The notes under the pieces: generated by a model
Seen by the model: only the letters and a program-made list of their open reading frames with translations
What the model was told of the DNA's origin: nothing
Databases searched by the model: none
Translations under genes and position numbers: made by a program
Part shown: positions 12,810 to 25,202 of the stretch, piece by piece
Numbering within the stretch: position 1 is the first letter of the stretch
Layout of the letters: every line of letters begins with the position of its first letter
Source of the DNA: Adineta vaga
Lineage: Eukaryota > Animalia > Rotifera
Assembly: GCA_021613535.1 (NCBI GenBank)
Contig: CP075495.1
Coordinates: 2,666,001 to 2,730,000 of the forward strand
Length of the DNA: 64,000 bases
Direction of reading: 5' to 3'

Positions 12810-15304
12810 ATGGCGACTTTATTTCCTCCTGGTTATGGAAACTTTCCTTCCTATCAATTTAGTGCGCCGAATCAAGTTCATAATCGATATTATACTGATG
12901 GATATAGAAGACGAGAAGCATCTTTTGCTCCTCAGTTTCCTACGCAACCTTTCTATCAACCACCATTCAATCCTAATGTGACATATTCATCGTCTCAACG
13001 CGATACAAAAGCTGGACGACCTAGTTTTGGAGCTCAACTTATAAACGCTTTTAATGAATGGGACTATAAATATCGACAAGATCAATATTTACGTCGTTTA
13101 GAAAAACTTCAGCGACAATATTGGAATTTAGAAAATAGTGCAGGACCATCAGCACCATACGCAATCCCACCACCACCACCACCACCATCTATGAATTATG
13201 GAGGTGGTACATTATTTGAATATGAAAAAGAAACGGAATTTTTACCGTATCCAGTCTATATGAATCAAGGTGCAAGACAGTATGGTGGTCTACCAAGTTT
13301 AGGATATGGTGGTGCTACAACTTTACCACCAAAGATTAGAGTCATTTTCGTACCAATGGGACAATCATTTTCACAACAACCACAAACAGGTCCTTTGGTA
13401 AGTCGTTTGTTATTTTTTCTAAATGAAAAATGAATTATCACACAAAACATATGTGATTCTCATAGGCTATGCCACCTTTTCTTTATAATCGTATGGCTCA
13501 ACCCTTATGCTCATATCCACCACCACCACCGTTACCACAACTTGGATCATTATCATTAACACCTGCTGTACAACAAATGGTTTTACAACGTTATAGCAAT
13601 CCCGTTGCTGTATTACCGTATAGTTCTAATTGGCAATCACCACAGTTTATGATGCCAGGTTATTCGCAAGGATTTCAACAACAACAACAACCTGTGATAT
13701 CTGCCTATCAACCAGCTTTACCTGCACCTCAACCAAATATCTCACACTATATGCCTTCCTATTCATCATCATCATCTGCTCCACAATCATATATGAGTCC
13801 TCCTGCTCCTGCACCAGCTCAGTTTTACGCATCATTACCACCTCCACCACAATCCTATATTCCACCACCATCAGCTCCTGCACCACAAACATATATTCCA
13901 CAATATTCGGCATATTCAGCATTGCCACCTGCTCCACAAGCATATATACCACCACCAGCTTCAGTTCCTGCACCTGTTCCACAACCATATATGTCTTCTC
14001 CAAACTATATGCAAGGATATTCATCAGTTCCATCAGCACCACAGTCATATACTAGTCCACCTGCTGCATCTTATTCTGCAGCATCTGTCAATCAATATAT
14101 GCAACAGCATCAACAACAGCAACAACCATCATCATCATCGTCATCATCATTACAATTATCATCACCATATTATAGCTCAACTTTATCACCATCCTCATCA
14201 TCAGGACCAAATCCAAGTGGTAGCTATCCAAGTGTATGTCGTGCATGTCCACCAGCTCCACCTCCGCTTAGTGTGTTAGTTACAGGTCATTGTTGGGTAC
14301 AACATTGTTCAGCTTGTCATCATGTACCTATTTCTGATTCCAATCCAAATGTTCGACCATGTGGTGGACGAAGTACACCATTACTTCGTTATCCAACAGT
14401 ACCACAGTATATACCAGATCAAACACAACAATTACAAGCACAACAATATGCTCAAACACATGCACCTATTATGATGCGTCCATGGTTACGAAAGTCTCCA
14501 CCACTTCCACCTGGTGCTTTCGTTGTTTCAGATAGATACTATTATGGAGATGGTTCTCGATATCATCATTCTCACAGACCACATCGACGAACTAAACGTA
14601 GTTCTCATTCTAAACATCGATCAACTACGGTAGCATCACGATCAGTACCATCAACAAGTCCAAATATACAGAAAACTAGTAAAAGTATATCACCAAGACG
14701 AGCAAGTAAAACGAATAAAGATTCTAATCCAGACAAAGCATCGAACAAATCTAAAAGTACCGAATCTCAAACATCTCCATCAAATTCATCATCAGGTTTA
14801 TCGACTGAATATCATAAAACAATCATATATCCATCGCATGCTCAAAAAGATGGTATACCTCAACAATTAACTGGAGAAGCTCGTCAAGTTAATCTTCAAT
14901 ATTCTTATCAACCACAAGAATTGCCCACTGTTTATCATAAAAATCGATATTTAAAATCAGGTAGTGAAAGTTCAGGATTATCTTCAGGTGGTCGAACATC
15001 ATCTGATTATTCTTACACATTCTCGAAAGAAAATAAACAAGCACGATCAACTTCTAGTGACTTCAATTCAATACCTGAAGAACAAACGTATAGAAAAAAA
15101 CCACCACATTCATCTCATTCATCCAGAAAAGTCAAAGATAGAGTAATTATTGTTCGTGAATTTGTGCCCGATTCGCCATCTTCAATGAGTACTGTTTCAT
15201 CCAATGCGACATTTAACATCATAGGCAAGGATATTGATTCGATTTCGACAACAAGTACTCTTGAAGAAGATAAACTATCAGGAGACGATGACCTTCGTTT
15301 ATAA
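12810..15304 (+). CDS. Pro/Gln/Tyr/Ser-rich low-complexity protein with a Cys/His cluster; function unknown
   Basis: ORFs 12810-13397 and 13466-15304 are joined by a phase-0 GTAAGT..CATAG intron, giving about 800 aa. No recognised globular domain. Confidence 0.8.
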
Positions 15305-15615
15305 AATGTTACACTTTATAACTATTAATATTAATATATTAATTATTTTTCCTTTCTATTTCTCTCTCTCTCTCTCTCTTTTTGTCGCTTTCAAGTGAAT
15401 ATAAAAAAAACGAAGCTTACGTTATTCACGCTTTTTTCTCTCAAGAAAAACTTCAAGCTTTATTTTTCGGAATTATTTTCATATTTTTTATTTTTCAATT
15501 AAATAAATTATCAATGAAAAAAAAATAATTATTTTATGAGTCTCATGTGATTAAAATGTATAGAAGCAAAAGTTAAAGAAAATATTCTGTTCAATGTTTC
15601 TTTCTTTTCCATTCA

Positions 15616-16536
15616 TTAACAAAGATAATCGACAGTTGGCGATGGATTATTTCCAGTTGCTTGACGTTGCTGTTGATTAAGTGTATCAAAACTTGTACTT
15701 TGTCTAATTGGAGGAAATAATTGAAATTCCGATTGTTTAGCAACTTCTTTTACAGGTGGAAAATTACGATCAGCTGGAATATTAATATCCGAAGTATGAC
15801 GAAGTAACATCGAATAACTTTATCAAGACAATGAAATTGAAGTATTTTTATTCGAATCAAAAATCAACTTACTATGGTAAATTTGCGTCATACATCTTTT
15901 CATTTGATACTGGTAAAGTAAAATGTTCTACTGGATGTAATGTTCCACTACGATCTGTATAAGCATCACGATGTTCTTGTGAAAGCTAAATGAAAATGAC
16001 GTGTTAGCTTTCGATTGTTTTGAAAGATTTACTTGATAGAATTTGCGTATTTCATTGGTTCGATCAACATTAGTATTATTCAATGAATATTTTGGTATAT
16101 AAAGATATTGATCACGACTACGACGACGATCACTCATAACAAGTTCAGGTTGATGTGTATATGGCGTTGGAAAATAACCACCTATGACAATTACCTAACA
16201 ATGAAGTTTTAGATATAAAAGTATATATATTTACCTCGAGCATAAAGACTTTTGGATGAATTGAGTGCTTCACTTCGATAATCTTGAAAATATTTTGCTG
16301 TTGCATTACCAAATGTTTCACCATATTGATATTGAGTAGTTGGAACATGACCTAATAATAAATATTCAAATAATAAATAATCTTTCCTTTATCGTTCAAT
16401 TTACCTCGATAACCCGGCATTAGTGATGGTGGGTAATAAGCTAATCAATAAAATATTTTAAAAAATGATTTCAATTTTATCAAACTATCATACTAGCATT
16501 GTACGTTGTTTGTAAGGTTCCAGCTGCGCGTGACAT
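15616..16536 (-). CDS. CIMIP2C: Ciliary microtubule inner protein 2C (FAM166C/C2orf70) ortholog
   Basis: Spliced product [51 protein letters not shown]...GGYFPT...RSRDQYL...[18 protein letters not shown] closely matches my recollection of human C2orf70 ([31 protein letters not shown]...KYFQDHR). Confidence 0.88.
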
Positions 16537-16696
16537 CGTATAGTCGTCAATCGGAATTTAAACAAAACAATTAATGTTTGATGCTTTTGTCTAGAAATGA
16601 AAAATAGTTTTTACATTGTATCGATATTTAATTCTGAGTTGCTTCACATCGTCCTCTTCGTAGGAAAAGAAAAGAAAAAAGGCGAATTCTTTATAT

Positions 16697-16709
16697 GTCG
16701 CTAGTAAAC
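16697..16709. promoter_or_regulatory. Candidate RFX X-box in the bidirectional promoter of two ciliary genes
   Basis: GTCGCTAGTAAAC resembles the X-box GTYGCYAGGNAAC and lies in the ~220-bp gap between the ATGs at 16536 (-) and 16759 (+). Confidence 0.4.
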
Positions 16710-16758
16710 AGAACATTTTCTTCGCGCTGAATTCTTCAAGTTCTTTCATCGAATAAAT

Positions 16759-17181
16759 ATGTCATTTAATCTGATAAAGAATGAACAATTAATACATGAA
16801 AAGTTCTTAAAAACACTTCGAATGAAAACAAATCATAGAAATTCACTTGAACAAAACTCCTCGAAAAACTATGAAAATTCTTGTTATAATTATCAACAGT
16901 ATCAATGGAAATTACAATCAAGACAAGATCGACGAAAACTTGAGTACGAACGTATTCAAAAAGAAAATTATAAATTTAGTGAAAAATTAATCAATGCAAA
17001 AGCATTTCTCAATCGTCATGAACAGAAACTTTTCTTTGACAAACATTGTGAACTGAAACAACGCTTACAACGTATTCCAACAAATAATTCGATAACAATG
17101 CTCAATAAATCTAAACAATCATCATTTCTTATCTACAATGATCAACTCAAAGAAAAACAATCTCATTCATTACAACAATAA
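16759..17181 (+). CDS. CFAP97/KIAA1430 (Hemingway)-domain small coiled-coil protein
   Basis: Single-exon 140-aa ORF. RRKLEYERIQKENYKFSEKLINAK...LQRIP fits the R..E..RI..EN...L.RL...K pattern of the CFAP97 domain. Confidence 0.6.
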   Translation: MSFNLIKNEQLIHEKFLKTLRMKTNHRNSLEQNSSKNYENSCYNYQQYQWKLQSRQDRRKLEYERIQKENYKFSEKLINAKAFLNRHEQKLFFDKHCELKQRLQRIPTNNSITMLNKSKQSSFLIYNDQLKEKQSHSLQQ

Positions 17182-17330
17182 TGACGATAGAATTCATTTT
17201 CAGTTTTTTGTTCTTATTACATATATCATTTATACAAAGCACCAAGATAATCAGAAAAAAAAACGAAAGCATAAATATACTATGTAGAAAAATAGTACAT
17301 GAAAAGACCATCCAGATAAAACAGTTCTTA

Positions 17331-20300
17331 TTAACAATTAGTCGAATTTCTCATTGTTTTCTCTCGAATATTCATTGTTAGAGGTTGTTTTCGAATAGGT
17401 GTTGTTCGACGTTTCCAAATAGGTGATGGACTTCGTCGACGATGACTTGATTTACGATTTAATGAACGAGAATTTCCTGGTAATAAAACATGACAAGATC
17501 GACTTGATGATATTCGTTGTGAAGATGAAGATTTTTTCATTGAAAATAATGGTTCAGAATTTCGACTAGTACCTATTGAACGATTCGAAGAATTTGAACG
17601 CCATTCAATTGTTGATATTGACGATAGACAACTATTGATTGTTTTAATAAATGTTTCAGCATCTCTATATTTCAAAATAAAGAAAAGAAATTTGTTTTTT
17701 CTTGTTCATTTTTAAAGAAAGAATTACTTGTTTGCAAAACGAAAATAAGCTTTGAGACGAGTTTTAGAATCTATTTGAATTAATTGCCATGTACGAACAT
17801 TATCTTTTGGATCATTGATATCAAGATATTCGACATTGATTTCTTCAATTGGAATAAATCGAATAAAACGATCAGCTATAACTTTATTTCCTTTATGTAA
17901 TGATAATGCATCTTTCTTTTTATTTGTTTGTTCACGTACTAATAGAAGACATCCATTACGAAAAACGAAACAATATGTTTTCAAACGTTGATGATTTTTT
18001 CCCACAAGAAATAAATGTATATTAATCCAATCAAGTTCTCCATAAGCATATAGATCCGGTAGATTCAATTGTAAAGTCTTAGTAAAACAGAAGGAATAAG
18101 AGAATAGATTTGACAATTTCTTACTTTATTATGTTCTTCACTATAAGTTTTAGTAATATATTCAAATGATTGTCCAAAATCTTCGTATAATTGTTGCATA
18201 CAATTCATATATTCACCGATATCAGTCATCATAGTAATAGCTTGTTTTAATTTGATAATTTCTTTAGTTTCATTTGAAGAAGTATCATCGGTTATTGTGG
18301 AATAAATTGACATTTGTTGTAAAAGTAACGGATATTTTAATATACGTTGAACAGGTTTTATTAGATAAGATTCAAATGATGATGAATGTTGATGGCGTGG
18401 ATTTCTTGCAGCAAGAAATTCTTTCAAATGTTGATTATTTTGATGAAGATCAAGTAAACGATTAATACGTAAATGCATTGCACAAAATGTTGAATATAAT
18501 TTAAAATATTGTGAATAAGATAAAAACGTATCCGCTATAGATATAAGAATATCCTAAAATTATTAAAATAAAATTTCATATAATCAAACAAAATAAATTG
18601 AATCCTACACAAAATTCAGGTACAATATTATAAGCAAGTATTTCCGTTGGAATATTTGATTCGAGTCGTTCAAGAAATGTTTGTTGTAATTGATGAATAG
18701 ATTTTACACTAATATAAAGAGATTCAATAGTATCAGTTGGAAGAAGTTTGGAATCATCACGTAATGGTTCAATATATCGTTCTAATAAGCGTTGCATGTC
18801 CTAAGAAGAGATGATACATTATCAATATGAAGAAATCTTTTTTCATTGTTTTATGTCACGTACTTGAACATAGGTTCGTTCAGTTTCGATTAATTCAAAA
18901 ATTACTTTTCGTATTCGTTGTGCATTTGAAAGAACTTTTACACGTGGTGGTGGTTGATTATTAACATTGATTTGTTCAATATTTGTATTCAAAAGAGTGG
19001 TTGTTGGACGACAATATCGACTTAATTCTTCAACATTTTTCAATAAACGTTCAAGTGCCGATGTCGATGGATCAGTTTCATTGGTATCTTTTGAAATTAA
19101 CGAAATTGGTTCGATTGAATATGTTGCATCAGGTTTAGGAACGACAAGTTCACGAAGTACCTGTCGTGATAATCTTTCAATACGTCGTGATGGCGGTGGT
19201 GGACATATTAAATTTTGAATAATTGCATGAGAAAAATCAAATGCTTGATTGGAATCTTTCATTAATTCTGTTGATCTTGATGAACGAAGTGTTAATATAA
19301 TTGGTATTTCATTAAAATAATGATCAAGTGTATCAAGATCTAAATCTTGTACAATAAAATTATTAACGATCACTATTTCATCACCTTTTTTCACTCCTAA
19401 TTGTTCACTTTCACTACCATGTATTACATTCGATACAATTACTTGTAAAGAATATTCACGATGTAATTCAGTAACAATTTCAATTCCTGAGAGATTAAGT
19501 GGATTATGTAATGTTATTTGATACACTGTTTTTCGTCTGATTTCAATTGAAGAATATGACTATACGAAAAGAAAAGAGGCTGTGTTTTTTTGTGTTATGA
19601 ATTCATTTGAAAAATAACATACTAAATTATTTAATTTATCATTTATATTTGAAACAAATGCATGTGAAGTATTGAAATCAAAATAGAGGAAATAATCATC
19701 AATTTGTAAACCTAATTTATCAGTAACACGTTTTAATAATTCACCAACAGTTGCTGTTTCATTAATTGATACAATTGTTCTCTAAAAATCACACAAATAA
19801 TTAAGTATATCTTTACACATTCATTCAATTAATAATCGAAATATCATATCTAATATCATTTATATTGCTATTTACATTCTTTCGATTTCTTTGAGGTATG
19901 TCAAAAATGTAACTGATACTGTTAATCTTTTTCTTTTCCATCGATATATAATCGAATTATAATGGACGTACGATCTAACAACTCAAGTGTAGGAACATCA
20001 ATCTATCCGCTATTTCGTTATCAAATAAATTTAACAAGTAAATATAACTTGCTTTTCTGTTGATTCAATCTTGGTATTGTCTTTTGTAATATTTGACCTT
20101 GGCATGTCAATATAGTATCAACAAATACACAAGTACCAACCTACTCGTTTTGCTGATGATTCTTATGTTATTAGCACGTCTATTGATCATTTACTTAATA
20201 GCAGAACTCTTTAGTATAATCTCTTTCTCGTGGACACCTAAGTGACTCATTTTCAACGAACCATTTGAGGATTTGAATTGCACGTGACCATTTGTAGAAT

Positions 20301-22427
20301 CGTTTGTTCAGTAACTGTCGATGATTGGACAGAATGAATTGGACTTGATGGTGTACTTAAATAACATTTGGTTGATTGTTGTTGATCACTATTGATACTT
20401 GTATTTGCTAATTTATATTTTGGTTTTTGTCGATCAAATTGTCGTCGAGCAGAAATACATGCATAGAAACTACATGGTGTAAATGAAGTTAATTTATGTA
20501 ATGATGCTTTAGTTGTTGGACACGCTTGAGAAAGTAAATCTTTTGGATTAGGTAAATCACGATCATTTGTTAATGCACATAGATAACATTTATTACGAAA
20601 TAAATCAACATGAAATGCTTCGAGATTTTTCTCCCAGAGATCAATTTGTTTTGATATAAGTACACGAACTTTTTGACTATTTGATGATTTTAATTGTAAT
20701 TCACCTAATTTACGCATTTTATTTTCACGTTCAATATTTTCTTCTAATTCTTCGAGTAATTTTCTTAATAGATTTTCATTTGTTTTCAATAAACAAGCAC
20801 AATGTAAATTATGAATCCAATGATCTAATTCTGATTGATCCGATGCCTTGTAAACGAAAGACGAAAAAAAAAAGATTTCGAATTAATTTCACATAAGAAA
20901 AAATCTACCTGTAGACAATATGTATCACCAGTATAAGTGGTTAAACTGAATACATGTTGACGGTGTGGATGTTCAGGTAATGGATAACAAAGATTATCAA
21001 CAATGCCTGAAAAATAAAATGTTTAAATAATCCAAATGAAATGTTTACTATTCATCTTGTCCTACTTCTTCTCTTGTTCTTACAATTATTCATTCGATAG
21101 AATCTTAATCTGTGATTAGGAGTTGTCATATACATATTCAATGTGTGTGTGTGTGTGTGTGTATATTTATTTCGCTTCTCTCTTTCTCTTTCTCTCTTTA
21201 TAAACACAACTCACACCATGATCCGAACTCAAATGACACAAACTGAGTTGTTCTATGGCAACAAACTGAGAATTTTGATTAGTTAGAATACACACATCTG
21301 TAATTCATTTCAATTGAAAAAGAAAGAAGAAGAAGAAGAAGCTGAAGGAGAAAAGATTTTCGAAGGTCAACAAAATATTTTGAAAATTGAAGAACTTACT
21401 TAGAATAAATTTTGGATTTGTATCTGAATAATCTTGATAGAAATATAAATTTGTTCCTTTTAAACATGTCCAAAAACGTTTCCATTGTCGTTTTGATGCT
21501 AGTTCAATTTTACGTTGTCGTTGAACAGTTAACCAATGTTTAACATGAAGCCAACTGCAAACATATAAAACACTTTGAAATGAAAACAAATAGGCAAATA
21601 TATTTACCTAGCTTTTTGTAATCTTGAAGATTCAACTGAATCTTCAGACACTTGGCTGTTAGCATTGCTTATTTGTGGAATTGGTGTCGTATCATCATCG
21701 TTATCTTCATCACTACTAGCTGAATTCGAATCTAAAATCAATTAAACAGAAATATATATATATATTTAGGATTAGATTTTTCTATATCTTTCATGAACAT
21801 AAATTTTAATTTCATCGAAAATATGTGACCTTCATCTAAGGTGAAGAGATTATATGCATCGATGTCATTTGAAAGAAAAGCTGCTTAACGAATTTTTATC
21901 TTCAAATTGAAAGATCTATTTCAAATCAATAACATGTAAATACCTTCTTGTTTGTCAATTGTTTGTTGTGATTGTATTTGAGCAAAAGGAAATGATTCAC
22001 TTAAATTACTTAATCGCCAACTTGAACCACTATTACGTCCGATTCCACTATCTGTACGTTCTGATTCATTGAAACTTATTCGATGAGAATCATCTTGATC
22101 GGCTTTTTTGATTGTCGTTTGATCAGATACGATAATATCACTATCATCATCGTAAAAATCATGTTCTACGGATTCAAGTGATGCAGTATTTCGTGCAGAT
22201 AAAGGTGACTGAAGTGATGTTGTTCCATGTTGTCGTTTAAGTTTACTTGTATTTCGTCGTATAACAACTGTTTGTTCTTCATCTTCTTTTTCATTTTCAG
22301 AATAAATCAAATCAGCAGTGGGTAAATGACATTTTTCATCATCCGAATTACTTTCATTACTACTTCCACTATTCATAAACATCCCACCGGACATCACCGT
22401 TTTGCTTGCTTTCGACGATTTCTTCAT
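17331..22427 (-). CDS. sif: Tiam1/still life-like Rac guanine nucleotide exchange factor (PH-CC-Ex, RBD, PDZ, DH, PH)
   Basis: PH domain KRQWKRFWTCLKG...HPHRQHVFSL. CC-Ex region QIDLWEKNLEAFHVDLFR...LPNPKDLL. PDZ GVKKGDEIVIVN. DH domain RKVIFELIETERTYV...NPRHQHSSSFESYLIKPVQRILKYPLLL. The start codon is uncertain. Confidence 0.92.
21142..21162. repeat. (TG)10 microsatellite
   Basis: Read directly from the sequence. Confidence 0.9.
21250..21262. promoter_or_regulatory. Near-consensus RFX X-box inside a Tiam/sif intron
   Basis: GTTCTATGGCAAC, located ~195 bp upstream (minus-strand sense) of a possible alternative first exon (ATG 21055, donor 21048). Confidence 0.5.
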
Positions 22428-25202
22428 TCATCAGTTCGTGATATATCTGGCAAAAAAAAGAAAGAAAATGAGAAGAAGAAAAAGAAGTAGAAGAAGAAGA
22501 AGAAGAAGAAGGTGACCGCAATTGCCATTGCTTCCTTCTATTCGACGGAAGAAGGTAGACGGAAGGAAGACGAAGAGAAGGACGTATGCGTACGCGTCTG
22601 TCGCCTTTTTGTTGTACTCTGCATCTAATACGCTTTGATTTCAGGTTTATTTGCATCTGTTCTCGAACATATCAAATAGAAGGTGGTGGCATTGTAGAAG
22701 CACTCATGTGTACTGCTAACTTGTTACTATGATTATGATGATGATTATTATTTGTTGATGTTAGTTGGCATTGCCGTGACGAAATATATTTTGATATCAT
22801 TTTCTTTCTCCCTCTTTCTTCTGCTCGTTTCATAATAGTATTGGAAAAAAGAAAGAATATGTATATATATATAGAGAGAGAGAAAATCGACGTGTGGTAA
22901 CATTATAGTAGTGTTCAATTATTTTCGTCTTTCTTTTCTCCTCTCTTTTGTTGGCTAGTAAAGATGACAAAAGAAAAGAATGAAGAAGAGAAACATATGC
23001 CTACACACTTTCGTTTTTCTCTCTATATGTTGTATTTGACAGTAGTAGAAAAGTAGTAGTGAAAGTAATCAAAGGGTAATACATATATTAAATAGATGCC
23101 CTTGCATAACACTCGCTTAGAAATGTCAATAGGATGACCCTATTGTCATCATTTACCTTTTGCTTGACATCGTCAAGTGGCTATAACTTACTCTCATCGT
23201 TTGCGTTCTCGATCATCATCATCATCATCATGCATGTGTTATGTTGATATAGAAATCCATCTGTTTTCATAGCAGACTACGGCCTTGTGTATTACGAAGA
23301 GAAGTGTGAGAGAAATAATAATAATAACAACAATCATGCTAGAATGCTCAAAAGGTCGATATTAATTTTACTTTCTTATGATCGAAAATTTATTCTCTCA
23401 TTGAAATATTCAAATAGGTTAGAAGGTTTGATCGATATAGAGTAACGAAGATAAAAATCTATGTGTTAACGATGGTATATTAGGAAAAAACAGCGAAAAG
23501 TGTGTTAATTGATGAATGTCATACACACGTGCTATATAGTAGTCTAGTTGTTCGTTAATCTTTGTCAACGTAAGTCGCCGGTTAACGTCGAAAGGACCAT
23601 ATTTGTCACGTCAAAAATGGACAGAAAACGAGCAAAGAATGATAGTCAAAAGAAAGAAAAAGAATAAAGATGAAAATAACATGGTACAATGCTAAAGATT
23701 ATATATATATATATATATGACAAGATTCAATTGATAATATGATATTATCGAATAAATCAGTAACAATTTACATGGAATAATATCATTATATGTTTGAAAG
23801 TATTGTCAAGTTTAATTTCACCAGTAGAAGAGGAAAAAAGGAAGAAAAATCTATAAGAATATTTATTGCTTCCGAGAGAAAAAACAGCCTTGCGCTTTAC
23901 TCATAATTTAAGAATGACGTTGTCGAGATCGATCGTTGATCGCACTCCTACGACATCGACAACGGCAAAAAATGCAACAATGCCTTAGAAACGTCGACTA
24001 AGTCTATGTCAAAACTAATTTTGTCGTCTGATTGATTCAATTATGGAAGCCCTGAAACGAGCGGTCGTTTTGTTAACAAAATGTGATAAGAAAAAAAAAG
24101 GTTTTTTTCCAACATCTAAATTCAATTCTACGCAACAATGATTGAGCTTGTTTTTCTATGTTTGTTGTTATCTATTCACACATCAAAATACGATTGATCA
24201 TGCTCTTAGTGCATTGTATACACACTCTAAAACATGTCGTCGATGCATACGAAGTTAGATAATGGACATCCGTCGAGCCGGGATGATGAAAATGTCTTGC
24301 TCAGGAAATTGAATGAACATCAATAGCAACGACAGTAATAACAACTGAACACCCATGGAGAATTACAACTGTTGTTCTTATTACTGCTCACGGGGATTCA
24401 TATTCATTTGTCGATTGAAATAAGCGCATTGTTGAGAGCTTACATGTGCTCTAAATATATATTCATCTGCTTTCTTATGCGTACAAATTACATATGAATG
24501 AATTATCCTAGACATTATTCTCTTCATTTTCTATCCAATCAAAGTATACTGCATTTAATCATCAAAGAATTAATCCCCATGTCAATAGATATACATCAGC
24601 AATGATGTAAGAAGTTCTACTTTTTTTTTGTTGTTATATGTCTAACTTTGTTTTGAAGTTAGAATTTTCTTCTTTTTTTTGTTTTACTGCGTTGTACTCG
24701 CGTGAAACAAAAAAAACGAGCAGATTTTCATAAACACAAACAGAAAAAGAAAAGAAAAAAAGGAAAACCTGGTGAGCATACAAGATAAACGTCGTTCATC
24801 TATTGAAATCACACACACACACAAACAAACAAACATTGAATATACAACAAAAAAAAAACCAGAAACAAAAACTGATTCTTCTTCTCTTCTTGTGTTATAT
24901 TTTTATTCCCACAACTCGCATAATTCTATCAGCGTGTATGTGTGTGTCTATACGAGAAGGGAGAAATTGAGTATGTATATATGTATGTATATAAGAAGAA
25001 GGAGAACAAAGAAAAAACCAACAGAAGCAAGAAGATTATGAGAAACTATACAAAATAAAGAAGCATCACATCGAATACTGACTACAATAGTACACAAGAA
25101 CACTGTGTGTATGTATGTAGGTAAGAAAAGAAAAGAAGAAGAAGAAGAGGAAATTTGAGAACAGAGAAAAAACAGTTGAAAATAACAAGCAATGATACAG
25201 AA

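Noticed and set aside
23918-23964. 9-bp stem CGTTGTCGA/TCGACAACG
   Set aside because: Short stem with a large loop and no ncRNA motif; could be chance.
24279-24354. Box C/D snoRNA-like ATGATGA...CTGA
   Set aside because: Weak terminal stem, no recognisable rRNA guide, no sense host intron, and ATGATGA is very frequent here.
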